Source: an uncultured Chloroflexia bacterium (GTDB lineage Bacteria; Chloroflexota; UBA6077; JACCZL01). Taken from it: DNA of 64,000 nt. The notes under the pieces are model-generated. The model worked only from the letters and a program-made list of their open reading frames with translations. It did no database searches and was not told the origin of the DNA. Both the position numbers and the translations under genes were made by a program. The stretch spans positions 110,069-174,068 of the forward strand of contig CAVXYC010000007.1 in assembly GCA_963765765.1 (NCBI GenBank), in the 5' to 3' direction. The number at the start of each line of letters is the position of its first letter. Within the stretch, counting starts at the first letter, position 1. Shown here piece by piece: positions 13,937 to 24,557 of the stretch.

Positions 13937-16378
13937 CTATCGCACCGCGAGGCTCCAGGCCGACGCATTGGATGGCAGATCAACGAACGCCGTATCGTCC
14001 TCGTATCGCCAGTTCGCGTGATCTCGGCCATCTATGTGAACCGAAATCGGCTCATGTAGCCAGGCACGTAACTCTAATATCGTCCGCTGACGGCTGGGAC
14101 GGAAATTTCCCTCGGGTGTGGCACTCACATTGAGACTCCCGTGACGCAGTTGGCATTCGATCCGCGTCCGTAAATACTGCCCTTGTTCGTGCGTAAACCC
14201 GTCGCCGGCATCTTCGTAAAGGGTCGTCGAACCCAGCTCCTCTGAGGGATAGAGGATCACCGTCAGTGGATCTGCCGCTTGCTCACCCACGTGGAGCATC
14301 TCCGGCCAGAGCGGTAAGGCGTGACCGCCACGCACGTAAATCGCCAGCTGTCCTAGCGGAGCATGAGCCAGGATGTGAGCAGGGCCTTCTGTGCGCTCGC
14401 CAGTCCACCAGTGGAACCAGTCACCGGGTGGCAGGTACACATGGCGATACGTTGCCCCAGCACTCGCAATGGGAGCCACCAGTAGAGCTGAACCCAGCAT
14501 AAATTCATCCGCTGCCGCGCAGGATTCTTCGTCGGCTGGAAACTCGAACATGAGCGGCCGAATGATTGGCGCACCCGTGCGATTGCAGTCGTCAAACAAG
14601 CTGTACATGTACGGGATTAGCCGCTGGCGGAGCTTGAGCATGGACCGGATGATAGATTGGTAGGGCTCGCCAAACGACCATGGCTCCTGAGACCGAGTGT
14701 TCCATGACGAGTGATTCCGGCAGAAGGGCGTGAAAGCCCCGAGCTCCATCCAGCGCGTCAGAAGCTCACCGTTGGCATCACCGCCAAAGCCGCCCACGTC
14801 CACGCCAACCCAAGCCAGCCCTGAGATGCCGAGGTTCTGAAGCTGCGGCATGCTCATCCAAAGATGCTCCCACCAGGAGGTGTTGTCTCCAGTCCAGTGA
14901 AGAGCATGACGCTGGAGCCCGGCGTAGCCGGCCCGAGAGATCACAAACGGACGTCGATCGGGCCTGTGGCGGAGCATGCCCTCGCGCGTGGCCTGGGCCA
15001 TTTGAGAACCGTAGAGGTTGTGAACCTCCGCATGGAGTCTCGGTTCGCCAGCCCCCTCGTGGATCACGTCAGGCGGAAGGGTCTGAGGAGTTGGGATGAA
15101 CGCTGTTGGCTCGTTCATGTCGCACCAGATCCCGGCCACTCCGTGATCGAGCAACGCGGGTAGCTTGTCCCCCCACCATTCACGAGTTCGAGGATTCGTG
15201 AAATCGGGAAAGGCGCACGTCCCCGGCCAGACTACGTTCTGGTACTCATCGCCGCGTGAGTTTTTCAGGAAAAACCCGGCGTCGTGTCCTTCTCGATATA
15301 CCGAGTAACGCTGCTCCACCTTGACACCCGGGTCGATGATCGTGACGAGCTTGATTCCCAGAGTCTCGAGCTCACGAACGAGTCGGTCCGGGTCGGGAAA
15401 ATTCGTCGGGTCCCAGGTGAAGACGCGAAATTCATCCATGTAGTCGATGTCCAGGTACAGCGCGTCACACGGGATATCGCGGCGTCGTAGCTCGCGGGCA
15501 ACGTCCATGACTTCATCGGCGGACTTCCGACCCCAGCGGCTCTGGTGGTAACCCAGCGCCCAGAGTGGCGGAAGTGGCGTGCGGCCGGTGAGCTGAGTGT
15601 AGCGATCGACAACCTGGCGAGGTGATGGTCCGCCAAAGACGTAGTACACGAGATCGCCGGTGTCCGAGCCGAACCAGGAGCGGTCCGGCTGTTCGCATGC
15701 GAGATCGAACTCGACACGGCCCGGATTGTCCAGAAACAGTCCCCACGCCTGACCGTGCTCTAGGGCCAGGAGAAATGGGATCGAGGTATACATATTGATG
15801 AGGCTGGATGTGTGATTCGCACCTGGATCAACATTCCAGAACACCTGATGCGAGTCGGTTTTGTCGAGTCCGCCGGTGCGCTCACCACAGCCAAAATATC
15901 GCTCCCCAAGGGGATGACGTTTGTAAACCCGAGCCGGCGGTCCGAGCGGGTCTATCACCCGTTGACCCTCAGCCATCAGGGGCGAGAAGCCCATGCCAAG
16001 GCCGGGATCGTCCTCCGCGAAACGCCGACCATGGACGTCGCCGAAGCTTAAACGGAGCGGATTGAGCTGAATGACAGCGGACATGCTGGCGGTGTGCACC
16101 GTTACTTCTTCCGAGCTCGGCTCGATGCGCGTGGCGTGATCCGGCCATTCGTGGGCGCAAACCGCCTCAGATCGATATCGTGGCAGACGCGCCCCATCGA
16201 ACATCCCAACGCGGAAGATATCTGGTGCGAGCGCCGTCACTTCGACGACCGTTTCCCCCACATTGAGGCGCACCATGCCGTCCTGGGCGACAGAAACGTC
16301 AGCTTTGCCCAGCGGCTCATACGCGCCAGGCGTAGGCCCGGGCATCCGAAATTGTCGAAAATGGGTGGTGGGTCTCAC
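13937..16378 (-). CDS. Glycoside hydrolase family 31 (alpha-glucosidase-like)
   Basis: PLWALGYHQSRW, LDIDYM, WCDMNEP, WTGDN and RNHS. Confidence 0.93.
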   Translation of the reverse strand: MRPTTHFRQFRMPGPTPGAYEPLGKADVSVAQDGMVRLNVGETVVEVTALAPDIFRVGMFDGARLPRYRSEAVCAHEWPDHATRIEPSSEEVTVHTASMSAVIQLNPLRLSFGDVHGRRFAEDDPGLGMGFSPLMAEGQRVIDPLGPPARVYKRHPLGERYFGCGERTGGLDKTDSHQVFWNVDPGANHTSSLINMYTSIPFLLALEHGQAWGLFLDNPGRVEFDLACEQPDRSWFGSDTGDLVYYVFGGPSPRQVVDRYTQLTGRTPLPPLWALGYHQSRWGRKSADEVMDVARELRRRDIPCDALYLDIDYMDEFRVFTWDPTNFPDPDRLVRELETLGIKLVTIIDPGVKVEQRYSVYREGHDAGFFLKNSRGDEYQNVVWPGTCAFPDFTNPRTREWWGDKLPALLDHGVAGIWCDMNEPTAFIPTPQTLPPDVIHEGAGEPRLHAEVHNLYGSQMAQATREGMLRHRPDRRPFVISRAGYAGLQRHALHWTGDNTSWWEHLWMSMPQLQNLGISGLAWVGVDVGGFGGDANGELLTRWMELGAFTPFCRNHSSWNTRSQEPWSFGEPYQSIIRSMLKLRQRLIPYMYSLFDDCNRTGAPIIRPLMFEFPADEESCAAADEFMLGSALLVAPIASAGATYRHVYLPPGDWFHWWTGERTEGPAHILAHAPLGQLAIYVRGGHALPLWPEMLHVGEQAADPLTVILYPSEELGSTTLYEDAGDGFTHEQGQYLRTRIECQLRHGSLNVSATPEGNFRPSRQRTILELRAWLHEPISVHIDGRDHANWRYEDDTAFVDLPSNASAWSLAVR

Positions 16379-16486
16379 ACTTCTATCCTGGTGAAGGCAA
16401 ATTGCAGCAACAACCCTTTGGCCGAATCCGATGGTGCCTCGATGCGCGCACTCGGCGGCTGCTTCCCTGGTGATCGTCGCTCCATG

Positions 16487-16920
16487 CTACACGGGTGATG
16501 CTGAATTGCCCGTCGATGGCTCAATGATCAGCTTCACAACGTTAGATGCTTTACTTGCGACCATCTCGAGCGCTTCCGCCGATTTTTCGAGTGGGAATCG
16601 ATGCGAAATCAGCGGCGCCGCCCGGACTTGACCGCTGGCAAGAATACGGATGGCCAGAGGATGGGCATTCGCGTAGCGGAATACGCCTCGAACATCCAGC
16701 TCCTTGTCGATAGCACTCGGGACCGGAGCTTTCATGTCCAAGAATGAGCGGCTGGTCCACCACGTACCGGCCGATCCGTCCACGCTCAAAATAATGGACG
16801 TCCGAGCCGCAGATACCAACAGCGGCGACGCGAATGCGAAACGTCGCCCGGGCCGGGCGTCGGGTCCGGGCAGTTCTCAATCTCTATGACGCGGGGTTGT
16901 TGGAGTACGGCCACGCGCAT
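16487..16920 (-). pseudogene. Zn-dependent sorbitol/polyol dehydrogenase remnant with large internal deletion
   Basis: GGAGG RBS then [15 protein letters not shown]..., then [13 protein letters not shown]...LGHESSG, joined directly to the C-terminal [13 protein letters not shown]...ISHRFPLE. The middle of the gene is absent. Confidence 0.8.
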
Positions 16921-17033
16921 CCATCACCTCCAGCCGGAGCTGCGATGGGCTCAATCCGCACGTTGGGTGCCAGCGTCGCGGCATAACATTGCGCGCGTCT
17001 TGCCCAGCGATCCAGGCGCGGCTTCAGCGTTCC

Positions 17034-17417
17034 CTAGTCGCAGTGCCGGCGCGCCACTTCGATCAGTTCGTCTATATCGAACGGCTTTGGGAGCACGCCG
17101 TCCACCATTGAACGCACGTCTTCGTGGTCGTGGTCAGCAGCGGCAGTCATCAACACGATCGCCGCGCCATCCGGCGACTTCGCACGATATGTTTCCAGGA
17201 AATCCACGCCACCGCCACGGGGCATCCTGAGGTCCAGAAGGATGAGCGCGGGAGCGTGCAGCAGAGCCTGATGCATACCCTCGTCACCGTCGTGGGCGGC
17301 AATCACAACGTAGCCCTCGTCGGTAAGCGCGGCGGCCACCATTGCATTGGTTGCGGCGTCATCTTCTATGACGAGAACAGTTCGGCGCCCGATGCTCACT
17401 TTCGCATTGCTCACCAC
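17034..17417 (-). CDS. Single-domain response regulator (CheY-like receiver)
   Basis: VLVIEDD, LLDLRMP, MTA and KPFDIDEL. Confidence 0.88.
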   Translation of the reverse strand: MVSNAKVSIGRRTVLVIEDDAATNAMVAAALTDEGYVVIAAHDGDEGMHQALLHAPALILLDLRMPRGGGVDFLETYRAKSPDGAAIVLMTAAADHDHEDVRSMVDGVLPKPFDIDELIEVARRHCD

Positions 17418-17550
17418 TCAAACCGGCTAGAAAGCCGCTTGTAGTTTATGTGCTTACAAGACAGCTGGTCAGTACGGTATCGAACGATGCGAAGGCGGCA
17501 CGGGTCTTGCCAAATTGCGGAGCATCTAGCGCTGGACCGAGGCGATTGCG

Positions 17551-18297
17551 GTGTCGGCAATTCAATCTGAAAACCTCATTCTTGCCTTGCTTCCCAAGCA
17601 CGAGCGCAGAAGACTAGCGGCTGGAAGCACTCGCGTCGACCTGGCGCGCGGTACGTGGCTGGCGGAATCGGGCAGGCCCATGAGCCATGTCTACTTTCCT
17701 CTATCAGGTGTCTACTCAGTCCTCGGTTGCACAGAGAACAGTCAGGTAGAAATCGGAACGATTGGCAACGAGGGAATGATTGGAATCCCTGCATTCCTGG
17801 ACGACGGTGTGGGACTCTCAGAAGTGCTTGTGCAGATATCAGGGCAAGCGCTGCAGTTGGAAAAGGACGAGTTTCAGAGGTTGACGGAGAGCTCACCCCA
17901 TCTACAGGAACGGCTGAATCTTTACACTCAGGCGTTTCTCAGCCTCACGATGCAATCGGGCGCGTGCAATGCCGTGCATACCGCGGAGCAACGATCTGCA
18001 CGGTGGCTGCTCATGATGCACGATCGCGTCCACTCCAACCGATTCGCGCTATCCCAGGAGATGCTGGCTCGCATGCTGGGCGTTCGTCGTCCCACGGTCA
18101 CACTCGCGACCGCCGGACTCAAGGCGGATGGAGCGGTGTCATTCAAAGGCGGTTATGTGACCATCTCGAGTCGCCGAACGCTACGCGCATATGCCTGCGA
18201 GTGTTACGGGGTCGTTGCAGCCGAATACAAGCGTCTTCTCGGCCCCCACGACGCACCTCCAGGCGGCACAGATCGGCCAACGTCGTCCGCCGCCTGA
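17551..18297 (+). CDS. Crp/Fnr-family transcriptional regulator
   Basis: VYFPLSG, IGNEGMIG, ACNAVH, ARWLL, SQEMLARMLGVRRPTVT and ACECY. Confidence 0.9.
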   Translation: MSAIQSENLILALLPKHERRRLAAGSTRVDLARGTWLAESGRPMSHVYFPLSGVYSVLGCTENSQVEIGTIGNEGMIGIPAFLDDGVGLSEVLVQISGQALQLEKDEFQRLTESSPHLQERLNLYTQAFLSLTMQSGACNAVHTAEQRSARWLLMMHDRVHSNRFALSQEMLARMLGVRRPTVTLATAGLKADGAVSFKGGYVTISSRRTLRAYACECYGVVAAEYKRLLGPHDAPPGGTDRPTSSAA

Positions 18298-18467
18298 GTT
18301 CTCACGCCTAAATAGTTCGATATCGAACTCAAAAATGACACCGATTGTGGCCATGCTTCCCACGCACATTTCTCCAGCCGGACGCCGTTCGAGCAGCGGT
18401 ATCGCTCGTTGCGGGGCGCCCAGGCGCAAGTGAGATTTGCTGATCACACCTCGTATTCGGCGGGAGG

Positions 18468-18547
18468 CCGGTTGGACAGTCGTCTCGACTGTCCGAGACC
18501 CGATCAATCCGTGAGTCTCTGGACAGTCGAGACGACTGTCCAACCGG
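18468..18547. repeat. Nested inverted repeat (REP-doublet-like)
   Basis: Perfect 27-bp arms at 18468-18494 and 18521-18547. Each arm contains its own palindrome GGACAGTCG-NNN-CGACTGTCC. Confidence 0.85.
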
Positions 18548-18559
18548 AGCGTCTGGAGC

Positions 18560-18629
18560 TTAACTAAACCGTATTGGGCAACGACGACTGTGCTACCGGG
18601 CACGAGGGGTTAACTAAACCGAGTTGGGC
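18560..18629. repeat. Two 20-bp direct repeats 50 bp apart
   Basis: TTAACTAAACCGTATTGGGC (18560) and TTAACTAAACCGAGTTGGGC (18610) match at 18/20 positions, with a 30-nt spacer. Confidence 0.8.
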
Positions 18630-18655
18630 GGAGACGCCTGCCCCACCGGTCTAGC

Positions 18656-19650
18656 CTAAGCTCCCGCTCGCTGCCTGGCTCGATCGACGTTATCGCCAAT
18701 TGCCACGATGATGCGATCGATGCGGTCGGCGGCGCCGGAAGCCTTCTGGTAGATCACGATGAGATCGCCCGGCTCACCGGACCATTCTCGGGCGATCTCA
18801 TCAGGCAGCGCCTTCTCGAGGGTGCTGCTGTGATAGCGCTCTACGACGAACGACTCATTGCCTTCGGGTTGAGCCGATCGGCGCTGCGCATCGTTCGGGA
18901 GTAGGCTGCGCGCCGCGTCTCGAGCGGACTCGAGGGTCATGGGCGCATTTGCTGCTGTTCGAGCCGCAAGCAGGAGGGCGCGCGCTGGGTCAGGGCTGAA
19001 CAGCACCTGGTATTCGCGAGGCTGACGTTGATACACCACAAGACGCGATGGCGTCTCGCCAGTAGGTGCCCCGTAAGCGCCGTCAAAGCTTGCGCGCGAG
19101 TTAGCCAGTCCTCCTGATGGAGACACCTCGCCACGGAATGGCTGCGTCGTTGGTGTAGCCACGCCGTGGGAGGCGCGCGGGGAGGCGCCGTCGTGGGAGG
19201 CGCCGATGCAATCGTCGGTTGAACCAGGGTAGGGGCCGGAACACTCGTAGGTTTGGTCTGCGCGCCCGTCTCACCGCTCGCACCAACCGGTGGTGCCCCG
19301 GGCGGCGGCGCTACCACGGCGGCCGTGGCTGGAGGCGCCTTTGGAACAGGCGTCACGATAACCTCAGCCTGAGGTGTCTGGGTAGGAACGATTAAAGTGG
19401 GAAACCCTTGAGTGGGGGGTACCGAAGTGGCCGTAATGACCACGGTCACCGGGACACCTACCACGGCAGGCGTACTGGTGGATTGCGCGGCCACGCTGAC
19501 GTTGACTTGATCGCCGCCTCGGCGCATGGCAAGAATCGCCCCGATGACCGCGAGGATGGCTAGCCCTCCGATACCCAGGAGAATCCAGGGCATTCGCCCG
19601 GCGAGGCGAGAAGACGGCTCCTCCGGCGGAGTCGGATCCTGGTACGTCAT
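18656..19650 (-). CDS. Membrane-anchored Pro/Thr-rich protein with extracellular domain (frameshift near 19165)
   Basis: TM helix and PT-rich linker in ORF 18937..19650 continue into a globular domain in ORF 18656..19162. Confidence 0.65.
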
Positions 19651-19662
19651 TCAGCTACATGC

Positions 19663-19950
19663 CTACGGTCGCGGGGTCACGTTGATGTTCGTAGGAGGCG
19701 CTGGGTACATGGCGGCCTGAAGTGGACCAGTGAAGAGGAACCACAGGATGGCAATGACGGCCACCAGCACGAGCAGCACGGTCAAAAAATTGATCGTGGC
19801 GGCGGACGTTCGGTCGGTGGTGTCGCGCTCAACGATGACCCGCTCTGGCGGAGTAACGACCACCCGTTCCGGGGGAGAAACGACGACCCGCTCTGGAGGT
19901 GGATTGACAACCCCCTCTGGTGGAGGATTATTTACGTTCACCTCAGTCAT
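19663..19950 (-). CDS. Small single-pass membrane protein with PPERVVV repeats
   Basis: About four PPE(G/R)V(V/I)x repeats, then a TM helix. GGAG RBS before ATG 19950. Confidence 0.65.
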   Translation of the reverse strand: MTEVNVNNPPPEGVVNPPPERVVVSPPERVVVTPPERVIVERDTTDRTSAATINFLTVLLVLVAVIAILWFLFTGPLQAAMYPAPPTNINVTPRP

Positions 19951-20652
19951 GTGGAACTCCAAGCGAAAGGTAACCGGAACCTACAGCATGAGATGTGCCG
20001 CATTAGGGTATTGGCTTAGGGGTTAGTGGTCGGTGAGCCGAGAACTCATAGCGCAAAGGCGACCGCGCGTCTTCGCCGCTTTCCGGCGGCTGGAAGCCCA
20101 GTGTCGATAGAAGTGTCCCACTGTTCTGATCTGAATTGCGGTGCCCTTCGGGCGCTCTGGTCGGTTGAAACAGTCGAGTGGCGTCGGTCCACCCAGAAGG
20201 AAGCGGCGAGCACCGCCACAGTCTAAAACGGTTGTGTGCCCACACTATGAACTATGCGCAGTCCGTGGGTCGTGGCTGTCATCAGCCTGGCACTCGTGAA
20301 TGCTTTACCAAGTGGAGTCCAGAAGGCTCGTGCCAGCAGAGCTCGTCGCAGTAGCCTCATATGGCCACGGTGGTGGTCGTTGACGTCACGGTCCTGGGGA
20401 TTATTCCGGCGAAAGTGGGCGGGAAGTGCGCGCGGCGATCGACCGCGTCGTGCAGGATAAAACTGGCACGCTGACGGTTGGATCGACGCTCACCCTGCCC
20501 ACATCAAATCCAGGCACTGGCTCGGTGGTGAGGTGCCATTCAACGAAGGTTGGCCCTTCTGGCGCCTCTTCCTGCATCCACTGGAGCCCGGGAAGCACCG
20601 AGCTGCGAACGCACTTGTGCGACGGGTCGTCCATGATCCCAATGCCCGGCAG

Positions 20653-21591
20653 TTAGTGAGCCAAAGCTTCGGGGTGACGCGTCTCAAGAAGCTCGCGATC
20701 CCAGCCCCCTAAGGTGGCCGCGGCTTCATAGGTTGCCCGATAGAAATCGAAAAGCAGCTGCTCTGGATCCGCCGAAGTGCGCATCGTATCGTAGGGCAAA
20801 ATGAACTGGCCGAGCTCAGCGACATAGGTAGCCGACGGGATCTGTTGGTCCTTGAATCCATCTGGCTCCGGATATGTGTAGGCATAGAACGCTGGTGCGC
20901 CGTACGTGAAGCCCGACATCCCGGTGTTTCCCGGCCAGAACCCTCGCGCTACGTTGGCTCGATCTTCCGCCACAGCTACAAAGCGCGGTACACCATCGAT
21001 CCATGGCGCCGGTCCACCGGAATAGAGCGCCTGGGCGAGATCGAACGATCCCCAATAGAAGAGTACGGGACTGGCCTTCCCGACGAACGTGGCGCTGTGG
21101 CGCCGAAGCACTCGTTCTGTCTCGAGCTGGATGCGCCACCAGCGCCGAACATACTCCCCGTCATATGATGCGTGCCCATCATCCTGCTCAAATGGAACCG
21201 GATTAGGCATCTCCGACGGAAGCGTGCTGATTGCCACATTCACGCCCACGTCCCTTAGCGCCTTGGTGAATCGTGCGTAGAAGGCTGCGACAGATTGCGT
21301 TGTCAGCGGGATGGCGGCTTCTGTGCCCTCGCAATGGGACATGACAAGTCGGTCATCTAGAAAATCGAAATCGATGGAGAACGATCCATCGTTGGTGGGA
21401 ATGGGCCCCGTCGTCAGACCACGCGCGGAAAGCGTGAGGGCCACGTGCCAATAGTGGTTTTGGAACGGGCTGAGCGCCAGCTTCACCTTCCCGGCCATCT
21501 GGGTCCAGAGGTGGAGCGTGTCACACGTGTCCGACCACTCCGCGAGTGGCAATGCTGGCCAGTTCCTCGCGGCATTTTTTGTTTTCGTCAT
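20653..21591 (-). CDS. DUF5996 family protein
   Basis: WPALPLAEWSDTCDTLHLWTQMAGK, NHYWHV, GKASPVLFYWGSFDLA and PAFYAYTYPEP. Confidence 0.85.
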   Translation of the reverse strand: MTKTKNAARNWPALPLAEWSDTCDTLHLWTQMAGKVKLALSPFQNHYWHVALTLSARGLTTGPIPTNDGSFSIDFDFLDDRLVMSHCEGTEAAIPLTTQSVAAFYARFTKALRDVGVNVAISTLPSEMPNPVPFEQDDGHASYDGEYVRRWWRIQLETERVLRRHSATFVGKASPVLFYWGSFDLAQALYSGGPAPWIDGVPRFVAVAEDRANVARGFWPGNTGMSGFTYGAPAFYAYTYPEPDGFKDQQIPSATYVAELGQFILPYDTMRTSADPEQLLFDFYRATYEAAATLGGWDRELLETRHPEALAH

Positions 21592-21681
21592 GAAGGCCCC
21601 CGTGTCTCAATTCTAGATCCATGGTAGTGTGATGCCGTTCGCTGACTGGGATCACGGAAGAGCGTCCCGGAGGAGATCACC

Positions 21682-22601
21682 ATGCTTGCAGATCCACGCT
21701 TTCATCATCTGCACCTCAACTCGGTAAATCCCGACGCCGCGATCAATTTCTACGTCCGGCAGTTTCCGAGCACGTCACGCGGCGACTGGTCCGGTATCCC
21801 GGCCTTGCATTCGCCCAACGACGTCATGCTTCTTTTCGATAGGGGGGCGAGCCCGCCTTCCACACAACCACAAACAGCCATATGGCACTTCGGCTGGCAC
21901 GTGACTGACGCGCGCACGAGCTTAGAGACGTATCAAAGCCGCCCGGACGTGAACCTGCTTCCGCTGTACACCTCGCAGGAGGGTGGCGAGGTATTCATCA
22001 GTAGTGACACATGGCCGGGGACGGGTGGTGTGCTGGGACTGACGCGAGCTCAGATCGCGGATGCTCGGGCAAAGGGCACCAAGCCGGCCGGGGGCCGGGA
22101 TTCGCTTACATGGAGGGGCCGGATTGCGCGCTCGTGGAATACGCCGGGAACTACCCGGCGGAGCGCTTCAACCACGTGCACATGTATCAGGAGGAGTCGC
22201 TGTGCGCGGTTTTATGGTACGAGCGACACCTTCAAGCTGCCCCCATGGCATTGGACGCGGCACAACTGACGGAGGCCAATTGCAGCGTGCAACGGGGGCC
22301 GGATCCCACGTGGCCCGCGCTCGAGCGAGAAGGCATGCTGCGCACGCCAAAGGCCGCCGTGGCGTTCGGCGACGTGATGCTGACCTGGTACGCCCCTCAG
22401 GATGATGGGCCGTTGGTCCCGACGCGCGGGCAGCTCTACGATCACATCGCGCTGAGCGTCAGCGACCTCGACGCGTGGATCGCCAAGCTCCGTGAGGAGG
22501 ACGTCACGTTTCTGGAGCAGCCCTATCGTCTAGGTGAGACCCGGGCCGTCATGATCGAAGGGCCAAGCCGCGAGGCGCTGGAGCTGGTTGAAGTGCGCTG
22601 A
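21682..22601 (+). CDS. VOC/glyoxalase superfamily protein (frameshift in a G-run near 22092)
   Basis: FHHLHLN, WHFGW, FNHVHM, DHIALSV and EGPSREALELVE over two overlapping ORFs. Confidence 0.8.
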
Positions 22602-22751
22602 GCAGGGGCCAGCAAGCCACGTTGTACGAACACCCAGGATGCCTTTCCGCCTAGCTCGGCACTCCCTCGTCGTTAAATTAAAGATCCGGTTGGCGCGCGT
22701 CCTGCATACCTCCTACTGGTGTGGCGCGCGACAGTGCGCCGGAGGTGACGA

Positions 22752-23246
22752 ATGGTTATGGGCTGGCGGCCAATGCTCGTAAGTGGCGCACTCAGCGTAC
22801 TCATCCTCACATCACCAGCGACTGTGACAGCAGTGCCTGGCACGGGCGAAGGCTGGTTCACCGGGATTCCGGTCACTGCCGAGAGCTCTGCTTCAGGCTC
22901 ACTCGACATCGTCCAATTTCGCGAAGAAGAAGGACAGCTAGTCACAGATGCATTACTAACTATGCCGCGGTTGAGCGGTTCAACGTCGCTTAACAATACC
23001 AAAGTAACCTGGCCCGTGACTGACGTTAGTGGATCATGCGGTGTGCTGCACCTGGAGCTCACTCCCCGAAGCGGGGCAACGGCTTTGCCGGCCATGAAAA
23101 GGGTGAGCGTCTCGCTGCCCGGAGCATCGGAACCGCAAAACTTGCGCGAGGATCGAGTCTGTCGGACAGCGACAGCGATCCAGAATGGGGCAGCACCCTC
23201 GGAAGTGCTGCCGTTACTCAATGACCTGGTGCGTTACTTCCGCTGA
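22752..23246 (+). CDS. Putative secreted protein
   Basis: Signal-peptide-like N-terminus, GGAGG RBS and a GSCGVLHLEL segment. Confidence 0.6.
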   Translation: MVMGWRPMLVSGALSVLILTSPATVTAVPGTGEGWFTGIPVTAESSASGSLDIVQFREEEGQLVTDALLTMPRLSGSTSLNNTKVTWPVTDVSGSCGVLHLELTPRSGATALPAMKRVSVSLPGASEPQNLREDRVCRTATAIQNGAAPSEVLPLLNDLVRYFR

Positions 23247-23344
23247 GCCCGCGTGCCCCTATGGCGCACCTGAATGTAGCCCATTTGAGGCATCTGGCTC
23301 AGGTCCGGCACGCGTCCTGCGGATCCGTGAGGGGAGGTAACAAG

Positions 23345-23782
23345 ATGTACGAACGCCGTGAAGTTGTCACGGAGGCGCCTCCAGCGACGAGTGTTGCTGA
23401 GCACGTAGAGTCGGTAACAGAGGATCCCTATGCCCCTCGGCGCGGCACCAACGAGAAAATTCGCCAGGGCATCTACCTGCTGTTTGCGATCATCACTGGG
23501 CTGATCGCGATCCGATTCGTGCTTCGGTTGTTTGGGGCGAATCCAGATGTCCCATTTGCGTCGTTCATATACGGCGTCACGTCCCTATTCGTAGCCCCAT
23601 TTGTGGGCTTGTTCGGCACTCCCGCGTTCAATGGCAGCGTGTTGGAATGGCATTCAGTCGTTGCAATCATCGTCTACATGCTCCTGGCCTGGGTCCTTGT
23701 AAAGCTAACCTGGGTTCTCGCTGGGGAAACCCGCCGAGCCAGTCGAGCCGAGATTCATCGGGTGGACACGGAGGTTCCATAG
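23345..23782 (+). CDS. YggT-family membrane protein
   Basis: LIAIRFVLRLFGANP...FIYGVTSLFVAPF. GGAGGT RBS before ATG 23345. Confidence 0.8.
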   Translation: MYERREVVTEAPPATSVAEHVESVTEDPYAPRRGTNEKIRQGIYLLFAIITGLIAIRFVLRLFGANPDVPFASFIYGVTSLFVAPFVGLFGTPAFNGSVLEWHSVVAIIVYMLLAWVLVKLTWVLAGETRRASRAEIHRVDTEVP

Positions 23783-23839
23783 CGCTCCTGACGCCTTCGC
23801 TAGTCCTCTTCTAGCGTGGCATAAAATCTGCTCCGCACG

Positions 23840-24316
23840 ATGTCGGCTCCAGCGGGAGGCGCCATGGTTCCGCAGACCCTCCTCGGTGCGCTTGTAGCAA
23901 TAAGCTCGGCCGTGGGCCTGGTAATTACCGACGGTAGTGCCGTGAGAGTCGCCCAGGTAGAATCGATGTTACAAGCGTGCGGTTTCCGTACCACCCCGGC
24001 GACTCGGGCGTCCGCGGGCCCGCCGGGGACGCTCCCCTGGATAGCGCCACCGGAAGTGGGGGCCGAGCCTCTCATCTTCTTCGCGCGAGACTCCGAGGAC
24101 GTTGGTCGACCCGACGGTCGACTTTTCACCGTCCTGATATTTCCCGACAGCGCTCGAGCGACCAGCATGTACGAGACGGCTCGGGCACGTGCCGCCACTG
24201 TCCCAACCCCGGCTCGAGCTCCCGGCGTTCGCCTCAGCGTTTCGGAGCGACCCATTGAGCCAGGATCGTGGTCCAATGCTCGTTCAAGGCGCTGGGCCAA
24301 GCTTCTGGAAGGCTGA
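23840..24316 (+). CDS. Hypothetical protein
   Basis: 158-aa ORF with a hydrophobic N-terminus and no recognised motif. Confidence 0.4.
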   Translation: MSAPAGGAMVPQTLLGALVAISSAVGLVITDGSAVRVAQVESMLQACGFRTTPATRASAGPPGTLPWIAPPEVGAEPLIFFARDSEDVGRPDGRLFTVLIFPDSARATSMYETARARAATVPTPARAPGVRLSVSERPIEPGSWSNARSRRWAKLLEG

Positions 24317-24557
24317 GGTTGTTGCCTTTCAGCTGCTGGTGCCACCCGAGCCGTCCGTCATCGACATTGCTGTGCAGCTCCGCAAAGAGGGGACCGAGCT
24401 GGCCGCGGCGAGCCCGGAACAAGTCCGCTCAGCCATCGGCCTCGCACGCGCCGAGCTGAAGCCCCGCTCCCACGATGACCTTGGGACATCGCCCCTCGGC
24501 GTTGACCGCGATTTCGCGGATTGCCTCAGTCCTCTTTAGGAGCGGCGGCGCCATTAC

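Noticed and set aside
18560-18629. CRISPR array call
   Set aside because: Only two 20-bp repeats, with no cas genes or leader. Kept only as an unexplained repeat.
19965-20650. Possible riboswitch or zinc-finger gene remnant downstream of DUF5996
   Set aside because: No convincing motif in any frame or structure.
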